32,000 nucleotides of DNA, taken from contig NZ_CP010904.1 of the NCBI RefSeq assembly GCF_001017655.1, positions 2,370,001-2,402,000 of the forward strand. The letters are read 5' to 3'. The stretch comes from Kiritimatiella glycovorans. GTDB taxonomy: Bacteria; Verrucomicrobiota; Kiritimatiellia; Kiritimatiellales; Kiritimatiellaceae. The number at the start of each line of letters is the position of its first letter. Positions within the stretch are counted from its first letter, which is position 1. Below the pieces are notes generated by a model. That model saw only the letters and a program-made list of their open reading frames with translations. It had not been told where the DNA came from and searched no databases. A program made the translations under genes and the position numbers. Shown here one piece after another: positions 17,316 to 25,013 of this stretch.

Positions 17316-17515
17316 AAAGCGCGGGGCTGCAAAGATGAATGAGAAGAGCACAGACAAAGAGATCGTGCGCGCTCTCTTACGTTCGTAGTAGGCCCGCAGG
17401 TCCGCGCAGCGGAAAAAGTTCGTAGTAGGCCCGCAGGCCTGCGAAGCAGGGCCAGGGCCGTTATCTTCGCGCGCCTGGCCTGCCGGGGGGCAGGCATGCG
17501 GCGCTACTACGAACG
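17316..17515 (+). repeat. REP/REPIN-like hairpin element, copy A (contains an extra REP unit)
   Basis: GTTCGTAGTAG heads at 17381 and 17418 are opposed by CTACTACGAAC at 17504-17514. Internal palindromes include CGCAGGCCTGCG. It is roughly 90% identical by eye to the reverse complement of 28558-28750. Confidence 0.7.
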
Positions 17516-17520
17516 GTATA

Positions 17521-17602
17521 CGCGCCTCCGGCGCTCCGAGTACGCGTACGAGTAAGAGTACGAATTATGTTCACCCCTTCATGCTCTTCATGTCCTTCAT
17601 GG
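17521..17602 (+). repeat. hexamer-armed palindromic element, copy A (half element)
   Basis: CGCGCCTCCGGCGCTCC + GAGTACGCGTACGAGTAAGAGTACGA + ATTATGTTCACCCCTTCATGCTCTTCATG. It is near-identical to 28870-28942 and to the reverse complement of 19532-19606. Confidence 0.75.
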
Positions 17603-17616
17603 TGATCCCCGTCCCT

Positions 17617-18411
17617 CTATCCCCCTGTCCTCCCGGGGGGACAGTCAAAATCGGCATGGACCACGGTATGGTCCGACGGGCGCTCCCGCCGCCGCGGTTC
17701 GAGATCGATGGCGCAACCGGTGCACCGCTCGGCCAGGGGTTCCGTCGCCAGAATATAATCGACGCGCCAGCCGCGGTTGGTCCCCAGCGCGTCCTTCACG
17801 CGGTAGTCGTAGAACGAGAACAGCTTTTCGTCCGGGTGGTGCCGGCGGAAGACATCCTCGAACCCGAATTCCAGCACCTCCTCAAACGCCGCGCGTACGT
17901 CCTCATGATAACAGACGTGCTTCTTTTTATTCTCCGGCTTCGCGACGTCGTTCGGGCCGCGCGCGACATTCAAATCGCCGACCCAGATCAGAGGCTCTTC
18001 AGAATCGTGCCGGCGCGCGAGGTAGCGCCTGAGCCGGCCCAGCCACTCCAGCTTGTAGGCATACATCTCGTGGTCGATGGACCGTCCCTGCGGAACGTAG
18101 GTGTTGATCAGCGTCAGGCCCGGCCAGCGGGCTTCGATCAACCGGTCCTCGTCAGCGGGTCCGCCGTCGTCGAACCCGAACCGGACCTCTTCGGGCTCGT
18201 CGCGCGAGATGACGGCCACGCCCGCCCCGCCCTTGAAGCCGCGATACCCGACGCGGTATCCGGCGGCTTCGATCTCTCCGGCCGGAAACTGGTCGTCGGG
18301 GGTCTTCGTCTCCTGCACGGCCAGCACGTCCGGCTCGTGCTCCTTCAGCCAGTCCAGCACGATCGGCAGCCGGGTGCGGATCGAGTTCACGTTGAAGGTG
18401 GCGATCTTCAT
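17617..18411 (-). CDS. xth: exodeoxyribonuclease III (AP endonuclease)
   Basis: MKIATFNVNSIRTRL..., LAVQETK, WVGDLNVA and SDHTVV motifs. ATG 18409-18411 overlaps the upstream stop (ATGA). Confidence 0.9.
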   Translation of the reverse strand: MKIATFNVNSIRTRLPIVLDWLKEHEPDVLAVQETKTPDDQFPAGEIEAAGYRVGYRGFKGGAGVAVISRDEPEEVRFGFDDGGPADEDRLIEARWPGLTLINTYVPQGRSIDHEMYAYKLEWLGRLRRYLARRHDSEEPLIWVGDLNVARGPNDVAKPENKKKHVCYHEDVRAAFEEVLEFGFEDVFRRHHPDEKLFSFYDYRVKDALGTNRGWRVDYILATEPLAERCTGCAIDLEPRRRERPSDHTVVHADFDCPPGRTGG

Positions 18412-19310
18412 GACCACAGCGGCGAGGGATAGCGGCCTTCGTCGACGAGCTGCGCGATCTCCTTCTGGACCGTGGGTTTGTCCTCGGGATAGGTGACCCC
18501 GAACCACTCGTCCTCCGACCGCATCACCTTTACGCGCGTCAGCCCTTCGCGGATCATCTCATCCACCACGGTGGGGATCAGATACTCCGATTTCATCTCC
18601 TGCCCGTGTTCCCCGAGAAACGTTTTGAACTTATCCTCCAGCACCGTGAAAATCTGCGGCGTGAACCCCCACATATTCATCGAGGCGATCTCATCGCCGG
18701 AGAGCTCCCGGACCTGACCTTCCTCGGTGCTGTGAACGCGCCCCTGTTCGTCCTCTTCGATCTTGAAGGTCTCCACCACGCGCCTCAGAAAGCCGTCCTC
18801 TACCTCGCACACCCCGCGCGTAACCGGCCCGTTCGGCGAGAGCGTATTGCGAATGCGGAACCCGACCATGCAGCTGTCGCCCGATTCGGGGTCCATGCCG
18901 CCGAGTTCCTCCGCCAGCAGCTCGAACCCCTGCCGCCCGTAGTAGTCGTCGGCGTTGATGACCGCGAACGGCTCGGACACCACCTCGCGGCAGCACAGCA
19001 CGGCCTGGCCGGTGCCCCAGGGCTTCTCGCGCCCTTCCGGCACCGCGTAGGGATCGGGAAGGTCCTCCAACGACTGGAACACGTATTCCACCGGGATCTT
19101 CTCCGCGAGTTTATCGCCAATATGTTCCTTGAAGGGTTTTTCGATATCGCGTCGAATGATGAACACGACCTTGCCGAACCCGGCGCGGATCGCGTCGTAG
19201 ACCGAATAATCCAGCACGATCTCCCCGTTCGGACCCATCGGGTCGACCTGTTTCAGCCCGCCGTAGCGGCTGCCCATGCCCGCGGCCATAATCACCAGTG
19301 TCGGTTTCAT
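18408..19310 (-). CDS. sugar-phosphate nucleotidyltransferase family protein (substrate unknown)
   Basis: The N-terminal LVIMAAGMGSRYGGLKQ is a GxGxR nucleotidyltransferase signature, with EKPWGTGQAV also present. ATG 19308-19310 has AAGGAGAG 8 nt upstream. Confidence 0.8.
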   Translation of the reverse strand: MKPTLVIMAAGMGSRYGGLKQVDPMGPNGEIVLDYSVYDAIRAGFGKVVFIIRRDIEKPFKEHIGDKLAEKIPVEYVFQSLEDLPDPYAVPEGREKPWGTGQAVLCCREVVSEPFAVINADDYYGRQGFELLAEELGGMDPESGDSCMVGFRIRNTLSPNGPVTRGVCEVEDGFLRRVVETFKIEEDEQGRVHSTEEGQVRELSGDEIASMNMWGFTPQIFTVLEDKFKTFLGEHGQEMKSEYLIPTVVDEMIREGLTRVKVMRSEDEWFGVTYPEDKPTVQKEIAQLVDEGRYPSPLWS

Positions 19311-19375
19311 ACGATCTTCTCTCCTTTTCAATACCGGGTTCCGGGTTCTGGTGAAGAAGATACGGAAATGAACCC

Positions 19376-19407
19376 GAAGTCGAAATCGAAATCGAAGTCG
19401 AAATCGA
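19376..19407. repeat. hexanucleotide tract (GAAGTC/GAAATC), about 5.3 units
   Basis: Read directly: GAAGTC GAAATC GAAATC GAAGTC GAAATC GA. It lies 66-97 nt upstream of the nucleotidyltransferase start. Confidence 0.85.
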
Positions 19408-19531
19408 TACCTGTGAACATTGAAGTGAGTTTTGAATCAGGGTGTCCCGGCGGAAAAAAGGTTATTCGTGGATTTTTATGGAAGGGTTCCCGGGAAAGGT
19501 GGGATGCGGGAGATTCGGAGGGGATAAAAAA

Positions 19532-19686
19532 GGACATGAAGAGCATGAAGGGGTGAACATAATTCGTACTCGTACTCGCACTCGTACTCGGAGCGCCGAA
19601 GGCGCGATTCCACTCCCCCGATTCAAGGAATTCGAGTACGAGTACCGCTTCGCTGAGTACGAGTACGAGTACGAGTACGAGTACGA
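19532..19686 (-). repeat. hexamer-armed palindromic element, copy C (full, long arms)
   Basis: Left arm is CATAATTCGTACTC(GTACTC/GCACTC)n. Core is GGAGCGCCGAAGGCGCGATTCCACTCCCCCGATTCAAGGAATTC. Right arm is (GAGTAC)n including 5.3 perfect units at 19655-19686. Its reverse complement aligns with 28829-28942. Confidence 0.75.
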
Positions 19687-19731
19687 TTTTCCCCCGGGTG
19701 TCCCCATGTGGAACTCAGGAATCGGACGGAC

Positions 19732-19749
19732 TTCTGCTGTACAGCAGAA
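19732..19749. other. perfect 18-bp palindrome TTCTGCTGTACAGCAGAA
   Basis: The sequence is self-complementary as read. It lies 42 nt downstream of the HAD-UbiA stop, with no adjacent U/T run. Confidence 0.6.
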
Positions 19750-19790
19750 TCCCTACCCTCACGCGCAGCGGGATAAAGAAGGCGGGATCC

Positions 19791-21236
19791 CTAGGCCGCG
19801 ATCAGCACGAGCGCGGCGGCGAGGGCGGCGAGGACCCAGGTTACGCGATCGGTCAGGGCGAACTCCACGGGGTCGTCGCGCAGCACGCCGCGTTTCGCCA
19901 GCAGCCAGATGCGGCCCAGCCAGCCCACCATCAGGGCCGCCACGCCCCAGAGCACAAAGGGCCGCGCGTACAGCGTCGAAACCTGGGCACTGGCCAGGTA
20001 GGCGCAGAACACGCCGACCGCGGCCGCACCCATCGCCACCCCGCACCCCAGCAGCAGACCCAGATCGCGGACGCGGTACCCCCGGCCCTTCACCCGGTCG
20101 TGCGTGTTCGCCTCCTTCACCTCGCGCAGTTCGGCGTAGCGTTTGACAAACGCGAGGCTCATGAATCCCGCCAGTGAAAAGGCGACGAACCACAGCGAAC
20201 AGGGCACCCCGGTGGCCGCGCTCCCCGCGGCGAACCGCAGCGTATAGAAGACCGCCAGGGTAAGGACATCGAGCAGAAAGATGCGCTTGAACCCCCAAGA
20301 GTAGGCGAGGTTGAGCACGACGTAGAGCCCCGCCCATCCCGCGAAGGCGGGCGGCAGCGCGAGGGCGGTCAGCAGCGCCCCCAGAAGCAGGAGCGGCGCG
20401 GCGAGCAGCCCCCAGCCCGGATTGAGCGCCCCGGAGGCGAATGGCCGGCGGCGCTTGCGGGGATGTCGGCGGTCGGCTTCCAGGTCGGCCAGGTCGTTCA
20501 TGACGTAGACGGACGAGGCCAGCAGGCTGAACGAGATGAAGGCCGTAATGCCGGCGAGGTAAAGCGCGGGATCGCCCAGCCGGTGCGCGAGGATCATCGG
20601 CGCGAAAACGAGGAGGTTCTTCATCCACTGGAAGACGCGCAGTGCCCTCGGCCAGGAACGACTCGGACGCGGGACCGTCTCCTCGGCAAAGACGCGCGCA
20701 CTGTGCCGCCGCAGCCAGCGGCCCAGTCCCGGGGACGGCCGGACCGCGATCCGTTCCGCCGCCGCCTTCCATACCGGACGGTCCGCATTGCTGTCGCCGG
20801 CGTACGCAAAAGGACCGCCGCCGCAGTGCTCGAGAATGCGGTCGCGCTTGGCCGCGCCCTTGAGGTTGACCTCGCCGTCGCTGGCCAACACAGCGTCGAA
20901 ACAACCGAGATGATCCGCCACCGCGTGCGCGATCCGCCCGTCGGCGGCCGTGGCGAGCACCAGGCGCCGCCCGCGCTTCTTTTCCGCCCGCAGCCACGCG
21001 ATGAACTCTGTCTGCCAGGGAAGCGCGTCCACATCGAGCTCGGCCACCTCCGCGAGCCAGCGCTTCAAACCGGGGCGGCCCGCACGGGCACGGCGCCCCA
21101 GTTCCGCGATTCCGGACGGACGTCGGCTGAGAAACTGGAGCCCGGCCTCGAGAAAGACGTCGCTCCGGATCAGGGTCCCGTCGAGATCGACATACAGGGG
21201 CGGGATGAACGCCCCTTGCTCACGCTCCGCCGCCAC
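19791..21236 (-). CDS. fusion protein: N-terminal HAD-superfamily phosphatase plus C-terminal UbiA-family prenyl-phosphate phosphoribosyltransferase-like domain
   Basis: HAD motif I is YVDLDGTL and motif IV is AGDSNADRP. The UbiA domain has NDLADLEADRRHPRKRRRPFASG, the pattern of decaprenyl-phosphate phosphoribosyltransferase-type UbiA enzymes, plus multiple TM helices. The GTG start at 21234-21236 has GGAGGA 5 nt upstream. Confidence 0.85.
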   Translation of the reverse strand: MAAEREQGAFIPPLYVDLDGTLIRSDVFLEAGLQFLSRRPSGIAELGRRARAGRPGLKRWLAEVAELDVDALPWQTEFIAWLRAEKKRGRRLVLATAADGRIAHAVADHLGCFDAVLASDGEVNLKGAAKRDRILEHCGGGPFAYAGDSNADRPVWKAAAERIAVRPSPGLGRWLRRHSARVFAEETVPRPSRSWPRALRVFQWMKNLLVFAPMILAHRLGDPALYLAGITAFISFSLLASSVYVMNDLADLEADRRHPRKRRRPFASGALNPGWGLLAAPLLLLGALLTALALPPAFAGWAGLYVVLNLAYSWGFKRIFLLDVLTLAVFYTLRFAAGSAATGVPCSLWFVAFSLAGFMSLAFVKRYAELREVKEANTHDRVKGRGYRVRDLGLLLGCGVAMGAAAVGVFCAYLASAQVSTLYARPFVLWGVAALMVGWLGRIWLLAKRGVLRDDPVEFALTDRVTWVLAALAAALVLIAA

Positions 21237-21237
21237 A

Positions 21238-22209
21238 TTATCCTCCGTTAAAAAAGATGCGCGTGAGTTTCCAGAAGCGGGGATCGACCGCGATTTTCGT
21301 AAAGCCGATCTCCCCGTCGAGCCACCGCGCCCATCTCATACGGAACGACTCGTATCCCTTCGAATCCAGCTCGCTCCGCAACGCCTCGCCTCGCTGCGCG
21401 AGCGCAGCGGCCAGCGCCTGCCTGTGCAGCGGGGAGGCCATCCGCCCGGGCAGGATTCCGAGCGCCTCCAGGTCGGCTACGGCCTCTTCGTTGCGGAGCA
21501 GGGCATGCAGCTCGGGATTCGTGGCGATACGGGCCGAACGCCCGGAGAAAAGATCGCGCGCAAAGCGCTCGCTCTGGATCAGCCGCTGCACGTCTTCGTC
21601 GCGCCAGAGTCGACGCCAGGTCTCGCAGGTGCGGCCCGGTTCGGACAGGAGTCCCGCGACCCCGACCGCCATACGCTCGCGTCCGACGCGCGGCCGGACC
21701 GCCGCGTAGACGCCACGCCGCACTCCCTCGCTCGACCAGGCCCGCGCGCGCGAGCGGTGGAACGCGGGCCACTCGCCCGCCTGAAGCGCGCCGCGAAAGG
21801 CATCCGTCATCCAGAACACGGCGACCACGAACAGGGCTCCGACGACCAGTCCCGCCGCCGCGCCCAGGAGCCGGTTCAGGAAACGGATCGACGATCCGCG
21901 GCCCCGCTTCTTCGCCCCGCTCTGAGGCCGCAGGCTGTTCGAGGCCGCCCCGAACACCACGAGAACCACCATGAACAGGGCCAGGCTCGTCACGACCGGG
22001 ACCCACCACGCCGCAAAGCCCGCCCGGTCGTGGATCGCCGCCGCAACGGGGCCCGCGAAACAGAGCGCGGCGGCGATCCCGGCGACCGGGGCGCCGAACC
22101 GCAGCAGCGCCGCGAGACCGCCCAGCCTCAACCCCCGGACGATAAAGATCAGCAGGATCAGGACCGCCGCCGCGTCGAAAATCCATGGCTTCACTGTTCC
22201 GCCCCCCAT
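21238..22209 (-). CDS. CvpA-family-like membrane protein with a long C-terminal soluble extension
   Basis: The N-terminal pattern IFDAAAVLILLIFIVRGLRLGGLAALLRFGAPVAGIAAAL plus 3-4 TM helices resembles CvpA. Start is ATG 22209 or GTG 22194 (GTGA overlap with the upstream stop). The alternative-frame ORF 21248..22291 is Arg/Gly-rich and rejected. Confidence 0.6.
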   Translation of the reverse strand: MGGGTVKPWIFDAAAVLILLIFIVRGLRLGGLAALLRFGAPVAGIAAALCFAGPVAAAIHDRAGFAAWWVPVVTSLALFMVVLVVFGAASNSLRPQSGAKKRGRGSSIRFLNRLLGAAAGLVVGALFVVAVFWMTDAFRGALQAGEWPAFHRSRARAWSSEGVRRGVYAAVRPRVGRERMAVGVAGLLSEPGRTCETWRRLWRDEDVQRLIQSERFARDLFSGRSARIATNPELHALLRNEEAVADLEALGILPGRMASPLHRQALAAALAQRGEALRSELDSKGYESFRMRWARWLDGEIGFTKIAVDPRFWKLTRIFFNGG

Positions 22210-23243
22210 TCCACCCGGTCGCGAACGCCGTCGTTATCCGTATCCGCGCTGGGGTGCAGATATTCATACGCCCCCATATCGTGATCGGCAACCCCGTCGT
22301 TATTGCCGTCCAGAGGGCGCGGGGTACCGTTACAATCTTCCATGACCCGATCCCGGAAGGCCCCGCGGTCTATACAGGGCGAGGGGTAGATGAGCCGGTA
22401 ATCGCGCTGCGCGGGGTCGAGGAATCCGGGCGCTTCATCGATGTTGCCCTTTCCGCGCGGAAGCGGATCGCTGCAGGAATAGACGAACGCCGCCCAGAGG
22501 CTGTTGCGCGACCCGTGCGCTCCCCGATTGTACATCACAATCGAATTCTCCCAGGTGCCCTCGAACACCCCGCCCGCGCCGAACTCCGCGATGTTTCCGG
22601 CCACCGTGCAGTGCACGCCGTCGCAGCGATACGCGCCGCCGCCGAAGTGCTCCGCCCTGTTCGCGTACAGCACCGAGTTTATGAGTTCGGCATAGGCCGC
22701 GCCGCCGCCGCGTCTGGCGTGATTGTCTCTCAGGATCGTGCGCTCGATTCCGCCGCCGTAGATGCCGCCGCCGTACATGCCCGCCGCATTCGAGACGATC
22801 ACGCAGTCGAGGATGCGCGCGTCCTCCGCGGCGTAGACGCCGCCGCCGCTTCGGGCCGTGACCGGGGCCTCGGGGCCGGCGGACGCGGTGCCGTTCCTGA
22901 CGGTGATTCCGATGAGCCTTGAACCGCTCATCATCCGGACGCCCCGAACCTCCCGCGCTCCGTCGATCACCGTGACCTCCGCGCCCTCCCGTGACCGCAG
23001 CGTGACGCCGGCGGGGATCCGGACGCGGGAGCGAATCCCGTCCTCCGCCGTCTGGGCCCCGCTCCCGTAGACGCCGGGCGCGAGTTCGATCACATCGCCC
23101 GCCGACGCTTCCGCCGCCGCCGCGGCCGGTGTGCGGTACGCGCCGCCGGCGGGGTCGACATGAAGCGTCCTCGCCGCCGCACCTGCGGCGAGGAGGACAA
23201 AAACCGGGGCGGAAAGCCGGAATAATGCCGTGTGTATCATCAT
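22191..23243 (-). CDS. secreted right-handed beta-helix protein with a 'choice-of-anchor Q'-like C-terminal region
   Basis: Signal peptide MMIHTALFRLSAPVFVLLAAGAAA, with Gly-rich beta-helix turns (GGGVYA, GGGIYGGGI, GGGAAYA, GGGAYR). The terminal block is FLDPAQRDYRLIYPSPCIDRG...DGNNDGVADHDMGAYEY, then DTDNDGVRDRVEW. Confidence 0.75.
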   Translation of the reverse strand: MMIHTALFRLSAPVFVLLAAGAAARTLHVDPAGGAYRTPAAAAAEASAGDVIELAPGVYGSGAQTAEDGIRSRVRIPAGVTLRSREGAEVTVIDGAREVRGVRMMSGSRLIGITVRNGTASAGPEAPVTARSGGGVYAAEDARILDCVIVSNAAGMYGGGIYGGGIERTILRDNHARRGGGAAYAELINSVLYANRAEHFGGGAYRCDGVHCTVAGNIAEFGAGGVFEGTWENSIVMYNRGAHGSRNSLWAAFVYSCSDPLPRGKGNIDEAPGFLDPAQRDYRLIYPSPCIDRGAFRDRVMEDCNGTPRPLDGNNDGVADHDMGAYEYLHPSADTDNDGVRDRVEWGAEQ

Positions 23244-23384
23244 GGGTCGTCTCGCATGACCGACTCTCGCATACCCTATTCCACTGCGCCCCGGCAAGAA
23301 GAAGCCGCGGAGGACTGTCCGATGAAATATGAACCCTGACCGGCGGAAGCGTCGATTGCGAGATTGCGGGGCTTCCTGATCACC

Positions 23385-23771
23385 TCACAGCAGGCTTGCG
23401 GCGGTGTAGCCCGCCCATACCGCCAGCATCCCCAGCGACAACTGCAGCCCTGCGTTGGCGAGGGCCGCGACGGCGAATCCGTCGCGCAGAAGGACCATAG
23501 TCTCGTAACCGAACGATGAAAACGTGGTGAATCCACCGAGCACGCCGATGAATACTACCAGGCGCGTCTCCGCCCGGAAGGCCTCGATGTGGTCCGCCCA
23601 GCCGCCGAGCAGTCCGATGACCAGGCAGCCGGTCACGTTCACCGCCAGCGTCCCGACCGGGAAACGGGTGCCCTGCGCCCACTGCTGCACCCACACCGCA
23701 GCCAGGTAACGCAACACCGCCCCCGCAAACCCGCCGCATCCGACCAGCAATATGTTCCGTAGAAAAATCAT
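23385..23771 (-). CDS. crcB: fluoride ion channel CrcB/FluC
   Basis: 128 aa with four hydrophobic segments. Motifs are GGFAGAVLRY, FPVGTLAVNVTGC and GVLGGFTTFSSF, typical of CrcB. Confidence 0.9.
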   Translation of the reverse strand: MIFLRNILLVGCGGFAGAVLRYLAAVWVQQWAQGTRFPVGTLAVNVTGCLVIGLLGGWADHIEAFRAETRLVVFIGVLGGFTTFSSFGYETMVLLRDGFAVAALANAGLQLSLGMLAVWAGYTAASLL

Positions 23772-23893
23772 TGAGCGTGAACCCTGAGTTGACCGGACAC
23801 CGCACTTCGAACTTCCCGGTCCGAATGCCCCATCTACGCAATACGGGTCCGGTGTTTACAGGATTTCGGGTACGAGTACGATATTTTGATGAC

Positions 23894-23980
23894 ATTCGCG
23901 CCCATTCACCTCTATTCGCGGTTCTCTATACAGGAAACAAGGGCGACCCGCTCAATTCGCGGTTTTCGCCTGAATTCGAG
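23894..23980 (+). promoter_or_regulatory. phased ATTCGCG(GTT) repeats upstream of the LamG-like gene
   Basis: ATTCGCG at 23894, ATTCGCGGTT at 23914 and 23955, and ATTCGAG at 23974. Spacings are 20, 41 and 19 bp. Confidence 0.3.
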
Positions 23981-24015
23981 TTGCGCCGTAACGCCGGGCA
24001 TGAGAGGGTACAACG

Positions 24016-24996
24016 ATGCGGATTTACGTAATCATTCCAGCGGTGCTCGCGGTCCTGTGCGGAGGCGCGGCGGCCGCGACGATTCTGGATGAGACGTTCG
24101 AACCCGCCGGCGGGATGACGAACGGCCCGGTCCACGGCCAGGGCGGCTGGATCGCCACGAATTCGGGCATCGCCGAAGTGCAGTCGACCGTGTCGGCGGG
24201 CGGGAGTCAGGCGCTGAGAATCGAGGATTCCTCGGCTGCGCATGCGCTTTCCAGCGCCGGTTCAACGTTATGGCTCCGTTTTCATGCCCGAATCGACACA
24301 CTGCCCGCCGATCATGCCGGGGTGACCGACGCAAACACGAGCGCGGCTTTTTTCGTCGATACCAACCGCTGTCTCGTCGTCTACAGCAACACCACCCCCC
24401 TGAAACTCGACGCCAGGATGCCCCTGGGCGAATGGACGCGCTTCGATCTGTTCTGTGACTACGAGGACCTGATCTGGAACCTGAGCATGAACGGGACCAA
24501 CATCGCCGCCGGGCTTCCGCTCTACTCATCCCACCGGCACGTAGACGCACTCAGGGTGGGGAGCGAAAACGGCGGATCGCTTTACGTGGATAACATCAAC
24601 GTCTCCGACCGGCAAAGGGCGCCGGCCGACGCCCCGGACCGGGACGGGGACGGGCTCCCCGACTGGTGGGAACAGAAGTTCTCCGGCGGCGTCACGAACT
24701 GCAACCCCGGCGCCCTGTCCTCGAACGGAGGGCTCACCTTCCGCCAGGCCTTCATCGCCGGCGTCCGCCCGGACCGGCGTCAGCCCTTTCACACACGGCC
24801 GCCAGGCGGCAACCGCCGCGGACTGTGCTGGGACGAAATACCGGGGCGGCGCTACGACGTGTACTGGGCGCAAAATCTGACGGACAGCTTCGTGCTGCTG
24901 TCGAACGACGTTCCCGGCGGGGTCTTCATCGACACGGCCCGCCAGGAGCATTCCTCGGGGTACTACAAGCTCAAAGCGCGCGTCGATTCGCGCTGA
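24016..24996 (+). CDS. secreted LamG/concanavalin-like lectin-fold protein with an Asp-rich motif and a C-terminal beta domain
   Basis: Signal peptide MRIYVIIPAVLAVLCGGAAAA. The N-domain pattern (LDETFE...GWIA...AEVQ...LRIED...LYVDNI) is typical of LamG-like modules. It is followed by DRDGDGLPDWWEQ and a terminal YYKLKARV. GAGAGGG lies 7 nt upstream of the ATG. Confidence 0.7.
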   Translation: MRIYVIIPAVLAVLCGGAAAATILDETFEPAGGMTNGPVHGQGGWIATNSGIAEVQSTVSAGGSQALRIEDSSAAHALSSAGSTLWLRFHARIDTLPADHAGVTDANTSAAFFVDTNRCLVVYSNTTPLKLDARMPLGEWTRFDLFCDYEDLIWNLSMNGTNIAAGLPLYSSHRHVDALRVGSENGGSLYVDNINVSDRQRAPADAPDRDGDGLPDWWEQKFSGGVTNCNPGALSSNGGLTFRQAFIAGVRPDRRQPFHTRPPGGNRRGLCWDEIPGRRYDVYWAQNLTDSFVLLSNDVPGGVFIDTARQEHSSGYYKLKARVDSR

Positions 24997-25013
24997 ACCC
25001 GCCGGCGGCGTCC

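Noticed and set aside
17240-17497. Small ORFs inside the repeat elements that share peptides between copies. 17240..17497 (-) and 28632..28853 (+) share ARTCGPTTNVRE.AR.LCLCSSH. 19442.. (+) and 28822..29004 (-) share GHEEHEGVNIIRT.TRTRTRSAEGAIPLP. 19328..19546 (-) and 17581.. (+) both start MLFMSF.
   Set aside because: The peptide similarity simply reflects ~90% DNA identity. The few substitutions are mostly non-synonymous (N/R, L/S, P/S against one synonymous). There are no SDs, and the frames run into low-complexity hexamer-encoded strings or overlap real genes.
23772-23880. Fluoride (crcB-motif) riboswitch expected upstream of crcB. The minus strand contains GUAGAUGGGGCAUUC, which resembles the GAUGGnnUUC segment.
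   Set aside because: I could not find a P1 helix enclosing that segment, the AAACCGCC linker, the P3 hairpin, or a downstream complement (GCCCC...CUAC) for the pseudoknot. The resemblance is limited to one short stretch. A cmsearch with the Rfam crcB model would settle it.
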